A stretch of 64,000 nt of DNA from Myxococcota bacterium (GTDB lineage: Bacteria; Myxococcota_A; SURF-8): assembly GCA_965140415.1 (NCBI GenBank), contig OZ223209.1, forward strand, positions 704,001 to 768,000, given 5' to 3'. Both the position numbers and the translations under genes were made by a program. Shown in pieces: positions 9,139 through 18,570 of this stretch. The notes below the pieces were generated by a model. That model was given only the letters and a program-made list of their open reading frames with translations. It ran no database searches and had not been told where the DNA came from. Every line of letters starts with the position of its first letter. Position 1 is the first letter of the stretch.

Positions 9139-9953
9139 CGGATTTTCAACACATCCAGGCATCTGCGGATTTTCTGAAAAACAAGCTGGGCCAGGTGCCC
9201 GACCGGGCCATCATTCTGGGAAGCGGCCTGGGAAATCTGGTGGATCGCTTCAGCGACACGCAGGTGATCCCGTATGGCGACATTCCCGGTTTTCCCAAGC
9301 CGACGGTCGCCGGTCATCGTGGAGAAATGGTCGTCGGTACGCTCGATGGCGTGCGGGTGCTGGGCATGGCGGGACGCTTCCACTATTACGAAGGACATCC
9401 CCTGGATGTCATCGCCTTCCCCGCACGGGTGTTGGCGGTAGCGGGTGTAAAAAATCTGATGATCACCAATGCGGCAGGAGGGGTCAATACGACCTTTTCC
9501 CCCGGCGATCTGATGCTTATCACGGATCACCTGAACCTGACCGGACGCAATCCGCTGATGGGCGGTAACCTGGACGAACTGGGCGTCCGTTTCCCGGATA
9601 TGAGCTACACCTACCCGCGCGATTTTCAACAGCTTGCCAGAGACGTGGCCAGGCGTGAGGGATTGGATTTGAAGGAAGGTGTTTACGCCTGGATGAGCGG
9701 TCCGAGTTACGAAACCCCGGCGGAAATTAGAATGCTGCGCACTATTGGCGCCGATGCGGTGGGTATGTCCACCGTGCCGGAAGCGATTGCAGCGCGTCAT
9801 GCCGGGATGAAAATCGTCGGCGTATCGCTGATCACCAACATGGCGGCGGGTGTATTGGATCAACCTCTGACTCACGAAGAGGTTACGGAAACCGCCGATC
9901 AAGCCGCCAAACGTTTCGAAAAACTGGCCATCGGTATTCTGACCGGGATGTAA
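9135..9953 (+). CDS. punA: Purine nucleoside phosphorylase (trimeric PNP/XapA type)
   Basis: ILGSGLG, GRFHYYEG, TNAAGG, GPSYETPAE, VGMSTVPE, TNMAAG motifs. ATGA overlap with the nupC stop. Confidence 0.95.
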   Translation: MTDFQHIQASADFLKNKLGQVPDRAIILGSGLGNLVDRFSDTQVIPYGDIPGFPKPTVAGHRGEMVVGTLDGVRVLGMAGRFHYYEGHPLDVIAFPARVLAVAGVKNLMITNAAGGVNTTFSPGDLMLITDHLNLTGRNPLMGGNLDELGVRFPDMSYTYPRDFQQLARDVARREGLDLKEGVYAWMSGPSYETPAEIRMLRTIGADAVGMSTVPEAIAARHAGMKIVGVSLITNMAAGVLDQPLTHEEVTETADQAAKRFEKLAIGILTGM

Positions 9954-10063
9954 ACGGATAAAACGCCGCTCTGCGCCACTTGCCCTTGCAAGCACAAGTG
10001 TTTGATAATATAATTGAATTCGTCTACCGAGATCGGCACGGACTCGCCTTCTGATCCTCGTCG

Positions 10064-10092
10064 TTGACAGATCCTACCAGAACCGTTACATT
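10064..10092 (+). promoter_or_regulatory. sigma70-type promoter
   Basis: TTGACA-N17-TACATT upstream of the S8 protease. Confidence 0.55.
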
Positions 10093-10147
10093 ACTGTGTT
10101 TTGTTTTCGGCTCTGGCCAACCGTTTTAATAAATGGAGAATGTTCGT

Positions 10148-13100
10148 ATGAAGTTGTTCAAGTCCCGCCTGTACTCTCTCCTTGCGCTCGTTCTGTTGCT
10201 TTCCCTGCTGCTTTCATCGAACGTGTTTGCAGAATTCGCTTCCGAGGACTGGAACCCGGAACTGTTGCGACCGGATGCGGCGGAGATGCCGTCTTTCGAA
10301 AGGCTGCCAGTACCGGAGGTTGCCGGTTATGATGAGTTGCTGAAACAGCTCAGCGTTCAGACCCTGGATCGCAATCGCATCTTGTTGAAACAGCGCGCCT
10401 TCGATCCGTTGCAGGAAAATGCCCCCCATTTTCTAAGCAATCATCTTTCAGCGCAAACGCTGCACCCTGAAGTACTACGGCGCATTGAAAAGTTGTCCCC
10501 TCATCATGTTCGGTTAGTGCAATTAAAGGAAACCGTGACTTCCGATACGGCGGACGAATTGCGCGATGCGGGCTTGAATGTCATTGCTTACATTCCGAAC
10601 AATGCGTTTTTGGTCTCCGGTAACGATGCTGCCCTGCCTGCAATGCTGAAAAATCAGATCCGTTGGAGCGGTCCCATCGATCCCGGCTTGAAAATAGACG
10701 AGACTCTTCAACAGGATCTCTCTACCGGCATCGAAGATGCGGAAGCCTTGATTCGGGTTTCCGGTTATCGTGGTGAAACCATCGACGGGTGGGAGGAACT
10801 GGCACTCACCTTGGGTGCCGGGGAAGTTCTGGCTGCGGAGGAAAAACCCTTTCCGTCGCTGCTGTTGCGTGTGGAACGCGAGCGCATGGCGGAAGTGACG
10901 GTCGGCATGGCACAACTCAGCGGTGTCGAGCGGGTGCAGCGCTTTGAATTGCCGGTCACGAAAAACCACGGGTCCATCTGGCTGTTGCAGTCCGGCGATC
11001 CCGATACCCAACTGACTTCGATCTTCGATGCAGGCATCAATGGTTGGGGGCAGGTTTATGCCGCCGCCGATTCCGGTCTGGATACCGATGGCTGCCAGTT
11101 CCGCTACAATGAAGAAGAGGGCAGCCAGACTTTCGCCCAGGATCTGCGACCGCCGAGCACCAGTATTTCCAATCCCGATGACAAGGTGATGGCCTATTAC
11201 GTGCTACCCGGCTCCGATGCCTACGACGAAACCACCGGCGGCTATCACGGTACGATGACGACCGGTTGCGCAGTGGGCGACAATTACCAGAACCTGGCAA
11301 CGCCGTATAGCCCCGGTATCGACTATTCCGACGGCATGGCTCCCGGCGCTCGCGTGGTGTTTCAGGATGTCGGCGACATGCGCGGCAATCTATGGGGGTT
11401 GGCGCTCTCCACGGAATTCCAGATCAGCCTTCAGGCTTACGATTCGGGCGCGCGCGTACATAACGACAGTTACGGCAGCGAGCGGGTTTACAATGGTTAT
11501 GACATCAGCTCGCAGATGCTCGACCTGTTCCTCTGGCAATATCCCGACTACAACATCTTCTTTGCAGCGGGAAATTCCGGCCCGGATGAAAGCACCTTGG
11601 GCGGAGGCGGTGGCACGGCCAAAAACACGGTGTCGGTGGGAGCTTCCACACCGGCCTGGTTCCAGGATGGGCGGGACATCGTCTCCTTCAGCAGTCGTGG
11701 ACCAACCGAAGATGGTCGCTTGAAGCCGGATATCATGGCTCCGGGCGTTATTATTTCTGCAACCGAGTCGGGAAGCAAAGCCATTCCCGGCGTTACCAAT
11801 GTTTACGACGAACCGGCACGCGAATCGCAAACCGTGCCGCCCAACAACAACTGCAAGACCGCCATGACCAGCGGAACCAGTTTCTCTTCTCCCACGGCGG
11901 CGGGTATGGGTTTGTTGGTTCGCCAGTATTTCACGGACGGCTTCTATCCTTCCGGCGTGCGTGTGGCGGAAGACAGCATGATTCCTTCCAATGCGTTGGT
12001 AAAAGCGGTGATGATCAACTCCGGGCGCAATCTCGATGGTTCGGTGGTGGTTTTTTACGGCCACAGCAGTCGCCCGTTAAGCGGAATCGAACCGGTTCCC
12101 AGCACGAATCAGGGATGGGGCCGTGTTACTCTGGAAGATGCCTTGTATTTTAAGGGCGACCGCCGGGATCTCGTTGTATTGGCGGACATTCCCAACGGTA
12201 GCGATGACTGTCCCCGGCAAGGCGATGAAGTCCGGTATGAAATCGATGTCAAACGGGATATGCCTCTGAAAATTTCGCTTGTGTGGGCCGATCCGCCAGC
12301 TTCGCCTTATGCCGGAGTGAGCCTGGTCAATAACCTGGATCTGGAAGTGATTTCGCCTTCCGGCGTTCGCTATTTCGGAAATATCAATTACTCCAACGGC
12401 TATTCTACTCCGGCGCAGATCGGTGACACTTTCGATACATTGAACAATTTCGAGCAGGTCATTATCGAGAATCCTTCCAACGGCGTCTATACGGTTGTCG
12501 TTCATGCTGCCAGCCTGCCGGGTAACGGAGAAAACGATCCATTTGATGCAACGTTACAGGGCTATGCCTTGATCGTCACCGGCAATCGTGGTGACATTTC
12601 GGATATTGCCGGGCCGCGAATCGGTATTCGTGACATTCAGTTGTCCGGTGGTTGCGATAACGACGACGCACTGGATCTGAATGAAAGAGCAGCATTTTTA
12701 GTCAGCGTGTCCAATTCCGGCGACGGCGATGCCCAGGGATTGTATGGCACCCTGACGCTTAATGAGGACTTGACCGAGATCGACTCCAGCCTGATCGCCA
12801 TTAGTGGCGAGAGCCGTTTTGAAATCGGCAATATCGACAATAAAACCCAGCGAACCTTTACAACCGCAAATATTCGCTTAAGCGCCGAGGCCGTAGATGC
12901 TTGTAACAAGTACGCCGCGTTCGATCTGAAAATATTCGATGCCAATGACGAGTTGCTGCAATCCTCGACTTTCCGCGTTCCGTTAGCACGCAACATCACG
13001 GTTCTTGAAACGATTGAATGTCAGGATGATCTGTGCAACCCGCCTCCCGAGATCACGGAAATCACGCCCAATTCCTTGTTTGCCGGTATTCAGGGGGTTT

Positions 13101-13498
13101 CCCTGGAGGTTCGTGGGGAGCGCATCGCCGACGACATGACGGTCGAGTTCGACCCGGATGTGTTGAATTGCGAATCGCTGGATTTCCGCTCCACACGGGA
13201 ATTGAGGCTGCGCAACTGTACGGTGCCGGAAGACACCGAACCGGGTGACGTGGCGCTGTTACTGATCGACTCGGATGGTTTCCCGACTCGCTACGAGAAT
13301 ATGTTGAAAATTACGGAAGCGCCGGAACCCGATCCGGTTACGGATGGCGATATTGAAGCGGAAATCATCACCGGAGCGGATACGGATGAAACCGATGATG
13401 GTGGCGGTTGTCGCAACGCGGGTTCGTCTTCCTCTTCAATCGTTCTGTTGCTTGCCGTAACGCTATTATTCTACCGACGTTCCAGACGTTTGGTGTAA
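10148..13498 (+). CDS. Secreted S8 (subtilisin, KP-43-like) serine peptidase with C-terminal MYXO-CTERM-like anchor
   Basis: Signal peptide; triad motifs AADSG, HGT and SGTSFS; AAGNSG; KPDIMAPG; C-terminal GGGC-linker-TM-RRSRR. GGAG RBS before ATG 10148. Confidence 0.9.
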   Translation: MKLFKSRLYSLLALVLLLSLLLSSNVFAEFASEDWNPELLRPDAAEMPSFERLPVPEVAGYDELLKQLSVQTLDRNRILLKQRAFDPLQENAPHFLSNHLSAQTLHPEVLRRIEKLSPHHVRLVQLKETVTSDTADELRDAGLNVIAYIPNNAFLVSGNDAALPAMLKNQIRWSGPIDPGLKIDETLQQDLSTGIEDAEALIRVSGYRGETIDGWEELALTLGAGEVLAAEEKPFPSLLLRVERERMAEVTVGMAQLSGVERVQRFELPVTKNHGSIWLLQSGDPDTQLTSIFDAGINGWGQVYAAADSGLDTDGCQFRYNEEEGSQTFAQDLRPPSTSISNPDDKVMAYYVLPGSDAYDETTGGYHGTMTTGCAVGDNYQNLATPYSPGIDYSDGMAPGARVVFQDVGDMRGNLWGLALSTEFQISLQAYDSGARVHNDSYGSERVYNGYDISSQMLDLFLWQYPDYNIFFAAGNSGPDESTLGGGGGTAKNTVSVGASTPAWFQDGRDIVSFSSRGPTEDGRLKPDIMAPGVIISATESGSKAIPGVTNVYDEPARESQTVPPNNNCKTAMTSGTSFSSPTAAGMGLLVRQYFTDGFYPSGVRVAEDSMIPSNALVKAVMINSGRNLDGSVVVFYGHSSRPLSGIEPVPSTNQGWGRVTLEDALYFKGDRRDLVVLADIPNGSDDCPRQGDEVRYEIDVKRDMPLKISLVWADPPASPYAGVSLVNNLDLEVISPSGVRYFGNINYSNGYSTPAQIGDTFDTLNNFEQVIIENPSNGVYTVVVHAASLPGNGENDPFDATLQGYALIVTGNRGDISDIAGPRIGIRDIQLSGGCDNDDALDLNERAAFLVSVSNSGDGDAQGLYGTLTLNEDLTEIDSSLIAISGESRFEIGNIDNKTQRTFTTANIRLSAEAVDACNKYAAFDLKIFDANDELLQSSTFRVPLARNITVLETIECQDDLCNPPPEITEITPNSLFAGIQGVSLEVRGERIADDMTVEFDPDVLNCESLDFRSTRELRLRNCTVPEDTEPGDVALLLIDSDGFPTRYENMLKITEAPEPDPVTDGDIEAEIITGADTDETDDGGGCRNAGSSSSSIVLLLAVTLLFYRRSRRLV

Positions 13499-13525
13499 GC
13501 GCATTTTAGGATAGGTTGTAACAAC

Positions 13526-14110
13526 ATGAATCTGCGCCTGTCGGAAAAGAAAATTTACAACGTGATTCTGATCTTTCTGATCGGCTATCTCGCCTATTCC
13601 TGGTTTTTCGTCGATCGCTTCGGCAATGCAACACTGGAACTCGGCCCGCCGAAATCGACGCAAGCCGCGCCGTATCCCTTGTATCCCGCTCCAGCGCTCA
13701 AACTGCCACAACCCAGTGGTGGAGAAATTTCCTTGAGCCAGTTTAAAGGGCAACCGGTGGTGGTCGTTTTCTGGGCGCCCTGGTGTCCTCCCTGTCGTCG
13801 CGAGTTACCTTGGTTGGAAGAGCTTGCCAAGAAACTTGGGAGCACAGGCAAGGTGATTTCCGTGGCGACCGGCTATCGTGACCGGGGCGAAGTGACGGAG
13901 CTGTTCGATTCCAAGCAGCCCCTATCCAAGATTCTGCTGCTCGATGAGGAAGCGGATGCTTCCGCAGACTGGAAGGTTGGCAGCTTCCCAACTGCCTTCA
14001 TCGTCGATCCTTACGGCATCGTACGTTATCGATTAGCGGGGGCGCGTCATTGGGATGGACCGGACGCCTGGGCCGATATCGAAGCCGTTCGACAGGTAGC
14101 CGCACCGTAA
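13526..14110 (+). CDS. TlpA/ResA-like thioredoxin-fold disulfide reductase
   Basis: N-terminal TM, FWAPWCPPCRRELP, FPTAFIVD. Confidence 0.9.
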   Translation: MNLRLSEKKIYNVILIFLIGYLAYSWFFVDRFGNATLELGPPKSTQAAPYPLYPAPALKLPQPSGGEISLSQFKGQPVVVVFWAPWCPPCRRELPWLEELAKKLGSTGKVISVATGYRDRGEVTELFDSKQPLSKILLLDEEADASADWKVGSFPTAFIVDPYGIVRYRLAGARHWDGPDAWADIEAVRQVAAP

Positions 14111-14227
14111 AGCCGGTTTTATCGTTGACTTCAACCCATTTTGCCTCATTTCCGAGTTTACTTTTTGTGGACAAATCCCTCGTTTGCAGTATGCTGAGTG
14201 AGAATGAAAATCACGAGGAAATTGTCC

Positions 14228-15160
14228 ATGCCGGGTATTGGAGTCATCAATAATCCGAAAGCCAGACAGAATCTCAAAAACCCCGATCGCATCCGGTTGC
14301 TGGCCTATATTCTTGGAGACAAAGGCGATAGCAAAGCCACGCAGAATTTCGACGAACTGGAAGACAGTTTAAAGGAGTTCAAGCGGCGTGAAATCGATAT
14401 CTTGGCTGTCAACGGCGGCGACGGAAGCAATCACGTCACCTTGACGAAACTGATCGAAGTCTACGGCGATCAGCCCCTGCCGAAAATCGCATTGTTACGC
14501 GGGGGAACGCTTAATACCATTTCCTGCGCCTTTGGAATCAAGGGCAAACCCGCGTATCTGTTGCACAACCTGGCAGACAAGTATGGCCACGGCGAAGAAT
14601 TCACCACCATGGATGCGGACTTGATGAACTGTAATGGAAAGTACAGCTTTCTATTCGGAAATGGTGTAGTTGCCAATTTCATGCATACCTACTACAGTTC
14701 CGGTACGCCATCGCCCACTCAGGGCGTGATTACGCTGGTAAAAGGGATTGCCTCTGCGATTACGGGAACCCAACTCGCCAAGGGTTGGTTCAAACCGGTA
14801 AAGGCAAAAGTAACTGTCGATGGCGAAGTGTTGCCGTTTGAACAGTTTTCATCGATCATGGCAGGCACGATGACGGATATCGGCGTGGGGTTTAAACCCT
14901 GGTACCGCGCTTTCGATGAACCACATACCTTTCATATTTTGTTTCTTACATGCAAACCGCTGGAATTACTCCCTGAAGTTCCTCGTTTCTATTTTGCCCG
15001 ACCGATTCATCCTAAAAATGGGAGTGAAACACTGGCCAAGCATGTTCTGATCGAAGCCGAAGAAGCGTTCCATTTCACGCAAGATGGCGACTTGTACACT
15101 TGCGATGATGGGCGCATGGATATTTCCATCGGACCGCGTGTGACCATGATCATCGAATAA
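14228..15160 (+). CDS. Diacylglycerol/sphingosine kinase family lipid kinase
   Basis: INNP, GGDGS, GGTLN and QDGD motifs. Confidence 0.85.
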   Translation: MPGIGVINNPKARQNLKNPDRIRLLAYILGDKGDSKATQNFDELEDSLKEFKRREIDILAVNGGDGSNHVTLTKLIEVYGDQPLPKIALLRGGTLNTISCAFGIKGKPAYLLHNLADKYGHGEEFTTMDADLMNCNGKYSFLFGNGVVANFMHTYYSSGTPSPTQGVITLVKGIASAITGTQLAKGWFKPVKAKVTVDGEVLPFEQFSSIMAGTMTDIGVGFKPWYRAFDEPHTFHILFLTCKPLELLPEVPRFYFARPIHPKNGSETLAKHVLIEAEEAFHFTQDGDLYTCDDGRMDISIGPRVTMIIE

Positions 15161-15246
15161 TCCCCGCTGTAGATATTCAGCATACAGTTAGCTTGATTGG
15201 CTTATCTCCTATCCCGTTGAAAACTCGACATATTTGCAACCAAAGA

Positions 15247-15267
15247 CTGTCTATTTTGAGTAGACAG
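15247..15267. promoter_or_regulatory. Palindromic site TGTHTA-N7-TAKACA, copy 1
   Basis: CTGTCTA-ttttgag-TAGACAG. Confidence 0.5.
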
Positions 15268-15344
15268 CTCAAGCCATTGACAAATGACAAAGCCTACATT
15301 CTAGCAGGGCTCCTGTCCTGCTCCTTGAGATTTCAGACATGTAC

Positions 15345-15512
15345 CGGTTCTTAATCATTTCTAGCCACAGATTCTGTTAGTTTGTGCCATAGTCTTACGC
15401 GATCGAAGATCGTGGAAGGCTGTGTATCTTCAACAAGTTACACCCGGCCTCCCGGAACTTTCATTCCGTGAGACCATGGCACATCCCGATTACTCGATGG
15501 GCAGAAATGAAT
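15345..15512 (-). repeat. Family A repeat, copy 4 (doublet, inverted)
   Basis: Reverse complement matches the consensus, with loop GAAA instead of GGAA. Confidence 0.95.
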
Positions 15513-15576
15513 GCTATCTTACGTTGGAGCATGGACTCCTGTCCTGCTTCATCACATAGACAGTGTGAAAATTTAT

Positions 15577-15597
15577 CTGTATATAATTAGTATACAG
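15577..15597. promoter_or_regulatory. Palindromic site TGTHTA-N7-TAKACA, copy 2
   Basis: CTGTATA-taattag-TATACAG; arms extend to 10 bp. Confidence 0.5.
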
Positions 15598-15711
15598 ATA
15601 TAAACCGTAATTCTATAATATTACATGAGTTTTTAAAGACAGGTACACGAATACTCGTGTTTAAAAGCCAGTTGTTTGTTGCCAAATAGTATTATGAATA
15701 GATACACCGGC

Positions 15712-16152
15712 TTATCCGAATAGCTTTGCGTGCTCCACCTTGATGCATTTGGATTGCACCATCTGTAAGCCTGCGGCGCGCACCTTTTCAGCAGATTCGT
15801 GATGCGCCAAACCCAGTTGCAGCCAGACCGCTTTGGGATGAATGGCAATGGCTTCCTGGACAACGCCCGGTACGGCTTCAATTTTACGAAAAACATCTAC
15901 AATATCCACCGGTTCCGGTATCGACGCCAGATCTGGATAGCTTTTCTGCCCCAAGATCTCCTGTTTCACCGGATTCACGGGGATCACGCGATATCCCTTT
16001 TCAATCAAGTACTTGGCCACTTTATAGCTATCCCGTTCCGGTTTGTCGGAAAGTCCTACAATGGCAATGGTACGGCTCTCTTCCAGCAGGCCTCGCAGGG
16101 TTTCATCCGCAGGGTTTCCATCCGGCATTTCGCAAACAATCTTTTCGTCCAT
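15712..16152 (-). CDS. CoA-binding protein (YccU-like)
   Basis: IAIVGLSDKPERDS, IPVNP, DIVDVFR, VWLQLG, CIKVEH motifs. Confidence 0.93.
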   Translation of the reverse strand: MDEKIVCEMPDGNPADETLRGLLEESRTIAIVGLSDKPERDSYKVAKYLIEKGYRVIPVNPVKQEILGQKSYPDLASIPEPVDIVDVFRKIEAVPGVVQEAIAIHPKAVWLQLGLAHHESAEKVRAAGLQMVQSKCIKVEHAKLFG

Positions 16153-16239
16153 GTGATTTCCCTTTTCGGTTAACTCATCGATATCTAATAACTTAAATCG
16201 GATTCGATGAATTGCAAGGGCTTTTTATTTTTCTGTTCA

Positions 16240-16260
16240 GTGTTTATACAGAATAGACAG
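16240..16260. promoter_or_regulatory. Palindromic site TGTHTA-N7-TAKACA, copy 3
   Basis: GTGTTTA-tacagaa-TAGACAG. Confidence 0.45.
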
Positions 16261-16403
16261 TTCGTGTTTGCGATCACATGGTAGCATTTCAATAAGTTGG
16301 AGCAATACTCACGCCTGCACATCAATTCCCTTTCAACATGTAAACGATTTCAATGGTGTATTCGAACCGGCTACAGATAAGGTCTGGTTTTTATTGGCTC
16401 TAA

Positions 16404-16424
16404 CTGTCTAATGAATATATACAT
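16404..16424. promoter_or_regulatory. Palindromic site TGTHTA-N7-TAKACA, copy 4
   Basis: CTGTCTA-atgaata-TATACAT. Confidence 0.45.
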
Positions 16425-16524
16425 CTCTGGTTTCATCAACCGCTTTTGTGTTCCTTTACGAAATTGAAAATTCGATTAAAAAGTCCTGACATGCCGCTCG
16501 TTTCGCTTTTCAAATCATGAATTT

Positions 16525-18570
16525 ATGTTATGCTGTCGCCTGGCTCGTCCATCAAACACATTGGGGAAGCTTGCTCGAACCGAAACAAATAGAATGCGGC
16601 AGATGCAGAAGTCGGCTTCACAAACTATGCGGGGATGGAAACCTTTCTATTTACAGTTGCTGACTCTTGTCTTTTCTCTCGTGCTGGTCTGTCAAGGTGG
16701 TTGTGCAAGTGTCGAGGAAAAGGACGATCTACCGCCTAAACCCCTGATCAAGAAGATCGAATTCGTCGGCGTTACCATCGCAGACAAGGATGAATTAATC
16801 CAATATCTCTACATGGATGAGACCTCCTGGCTGGAGGCTATCGGCTTGGCCGATCCTCACTATTACATCTCCAATTTCACGATTGAAGACAAGCAGCGGC
16901 TGGAGCGATACTACGAATCTTTCGGTTATTACCATGCCAAAGTCACGGATATCGAAGCGCTGCCCTTAAATAAAGATGGCAGCAAAGTAAAGGTTCGAAT
17001 AGCGGTAGAGGAAGGTCAACCGGCACTCGTGCGCGATGTCGCCTTTCACTGGTCCTCCTCCATCGAAGAGAAAGCGGCAGTCGAGTCTCGAAGCAAGCTG
17101 ATCCGGGGAAAAGCCTTTAGTATGGCAGCGTTGACTGAAAGTGCGGCTGAATTACAACTTGCGCTGAATGAACGCGGTTATGCCCTGGCCAGTGTCAAAG
17201 AACACGCAAAAGTCAATCGTGATGACAACTGGGCCGATATCGACTTCGCCATCACCCCCGGTCCGAAGTGCCATATCGGACAAATTCGTTTTATTGGGCT
17301 GGCAACCATCCCGCAAAAGCTGGTGGAAGTGGAAATCCACTTCGCTTACGATCAGGCCTACAGTCCGACATTGATCGCCCAGATCGAAAAAAGCGTGTAC
17401 GCCATGGATGTCTTCAACACCGTAGATGTTCAACCGGCAAAAGCTTTGAATGAGCAGGGACTTCTGGACATAACAATTCAGGTAGTGGAAGGTCAGCACC
17501 AACGGCTAAAGGTTGGAGGTGGCATCGGTATCGAGCCGAATCGCTGGGACGGACACCTGAAACTTCAATACACCCATTACAATCTGGGTAGGCAGTTGAT
17601 CCGTTTCGATCTAAGTGCGCTGGCCGGTTATGCCGTTTTGCCTTATCCCTGGGATGTAAAGGAACATGGTCCGATCTTCAAGGTTCAACCCTGGTTTAAA
17701 AAGAAAGGCTGGCTGGAGTCGCAACTGGTCTGGTCGTTACAACCGTCGTTTGAATTGGGTGTGGAGGAAGGCTACCAGTTTCACGCCACCAAGTTACGGG
17801 TGGGGTTATCGCGTTTTCTGTTCAAATTCACTCTGGCCGAAATCAGCTACAACGCGCATTTCTTCGATTTCTTCGATAAATCCCCGGCGTTTGACAGCAA
17901 TAAAACCCTTTTGGGTCGCGATTTCATGGACCCCTTTTTCGTGGACTATTTTGAAGTCGGGTACACCTTATTCTTTACCGACGATTTCCTGGAACCGAAA
18001 AACGGTGTCACGCTGGGTGCGCGTTTTACGATTGCCGGTAGCTGGATGGGCAGTGATTACGACTTTATGACTGTCACGCCGGAAGTAAAAGGGTATTGGC
18101 AGGTCTTCTCTCATTTACAGATCGCAGCCCGCGCCCGCACCGGTCTGTTATTTCCCTATGGTTCCAAACCGGGAGCGCCGATCTCGATGAAACTCTATCT
18201 TGGTGGTTCCGATACCGTGCGCGGTTGGGGCTTGAAGCGCCTGTCGCCACGCATACAGGATTGCAGCGACGGCAGTTGCCGCAGCATTCCCATTGGTGGA
18301 CATACCAGTATTCTTGGTAATTTCGAATTGCGGTTCATGACGATCAAGCAGCTTTTTATCGTACCGTTTTTCGATTTCGGCGATGTACAGGAGGGAGAGG
18401 CCGACTACAAGCCGAGCAAGTGGAACTACTCCACCGGCGGGGGACTGCGCTACGCCAGTCCGATCGGAAAATTCCGTCTTGATTTCGGTTGGCGGCTGAA
18501 CAACGATGCTGTCCGCTTTCCCGATGACAAGCGCTGGGCGATACATTTGAGTTTCGGAGAAACCTTTTAA
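16525..18570 (+). CDS. Omp85 family outer-membrane protein, TamA/BamA-like (POTRA domains + barrel); true start probably 16594-16627
   Basis: POTRA-like YESFGYY and ERGY segments, GGSDTVRGW (VRG motif), GLRYASPIGKFRLD, C-terminal F. Lies directly upstream of the TamB-like gene. Confidence 0.88.
   Translation: MLCCRLARPSNTLGKLARTETNRMRQMQKSASQTMRGWKPFYLQLLTLVFSLVLVCQGGCASVEEKDDLPPKPLIKKIEFVGVTIADKDELIQYLYMDETSWLEAIGLADPHYYISNFTIEDKQRLERYYESFGYYHAKVTDIEALPLNKDGSKVKVRIAVEEGQPALVRDVAFHWSSSIEEKAAVESRSKLIRGKAFSMAALTESAAELQLALNERGYALASVKEHAKVNRDDNWADIDFAITPGPKCHIGQIRFIGLATIPQKLVEVEIHFAYDQAYSPTLIAQIEKSVYAMDVFNTVDVQPAKALNEQGLLDITIQVVEGQHQRLKVGGGIGIEPNRWDGHLKLQYTHYNLGRQLIRFDLSALAGYAVLPYPWDVKEHGPIFKVQPWFKKKGWLESQLVWSLQPSFELGVEEGYQFHATKLRVGLSRFLFKFTLAEISYNAHFFDFFDKSPAFDSNKTLLGRDFMDPFFVDYFEVGYTLFFTDDFLEPKNGVTLGARFTIAGSWMGSDYDFMTVTPEVKGYWQVFSHLQIAARARTGLLFPYGSKPGAPISMKLYLGGSDTVRGWGLKRLSPRIQDCSDGSCRSIPIGGHTSILGNFELRFMTIKQLFIVPFFDFGDVQEGEADYKPSKWNYSTGGGLRYASPIGKFRLDFGWRLNNDAVRFPDDKRWAIHLSFGETF

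Noticed and set aside
2178-13498. Rhomboid as a rhombosortase for the S8 protease tail
   Set aside because: The tail has a GC motif (MYXO-CTERM-like), the rhomboid looks generic, and the two genes are not linked.
15560-16520. oriC or dif in the AT-rich gaps
   Set aside because: No DnaA-box cluster and no XerC/XerD dif consensus seen.
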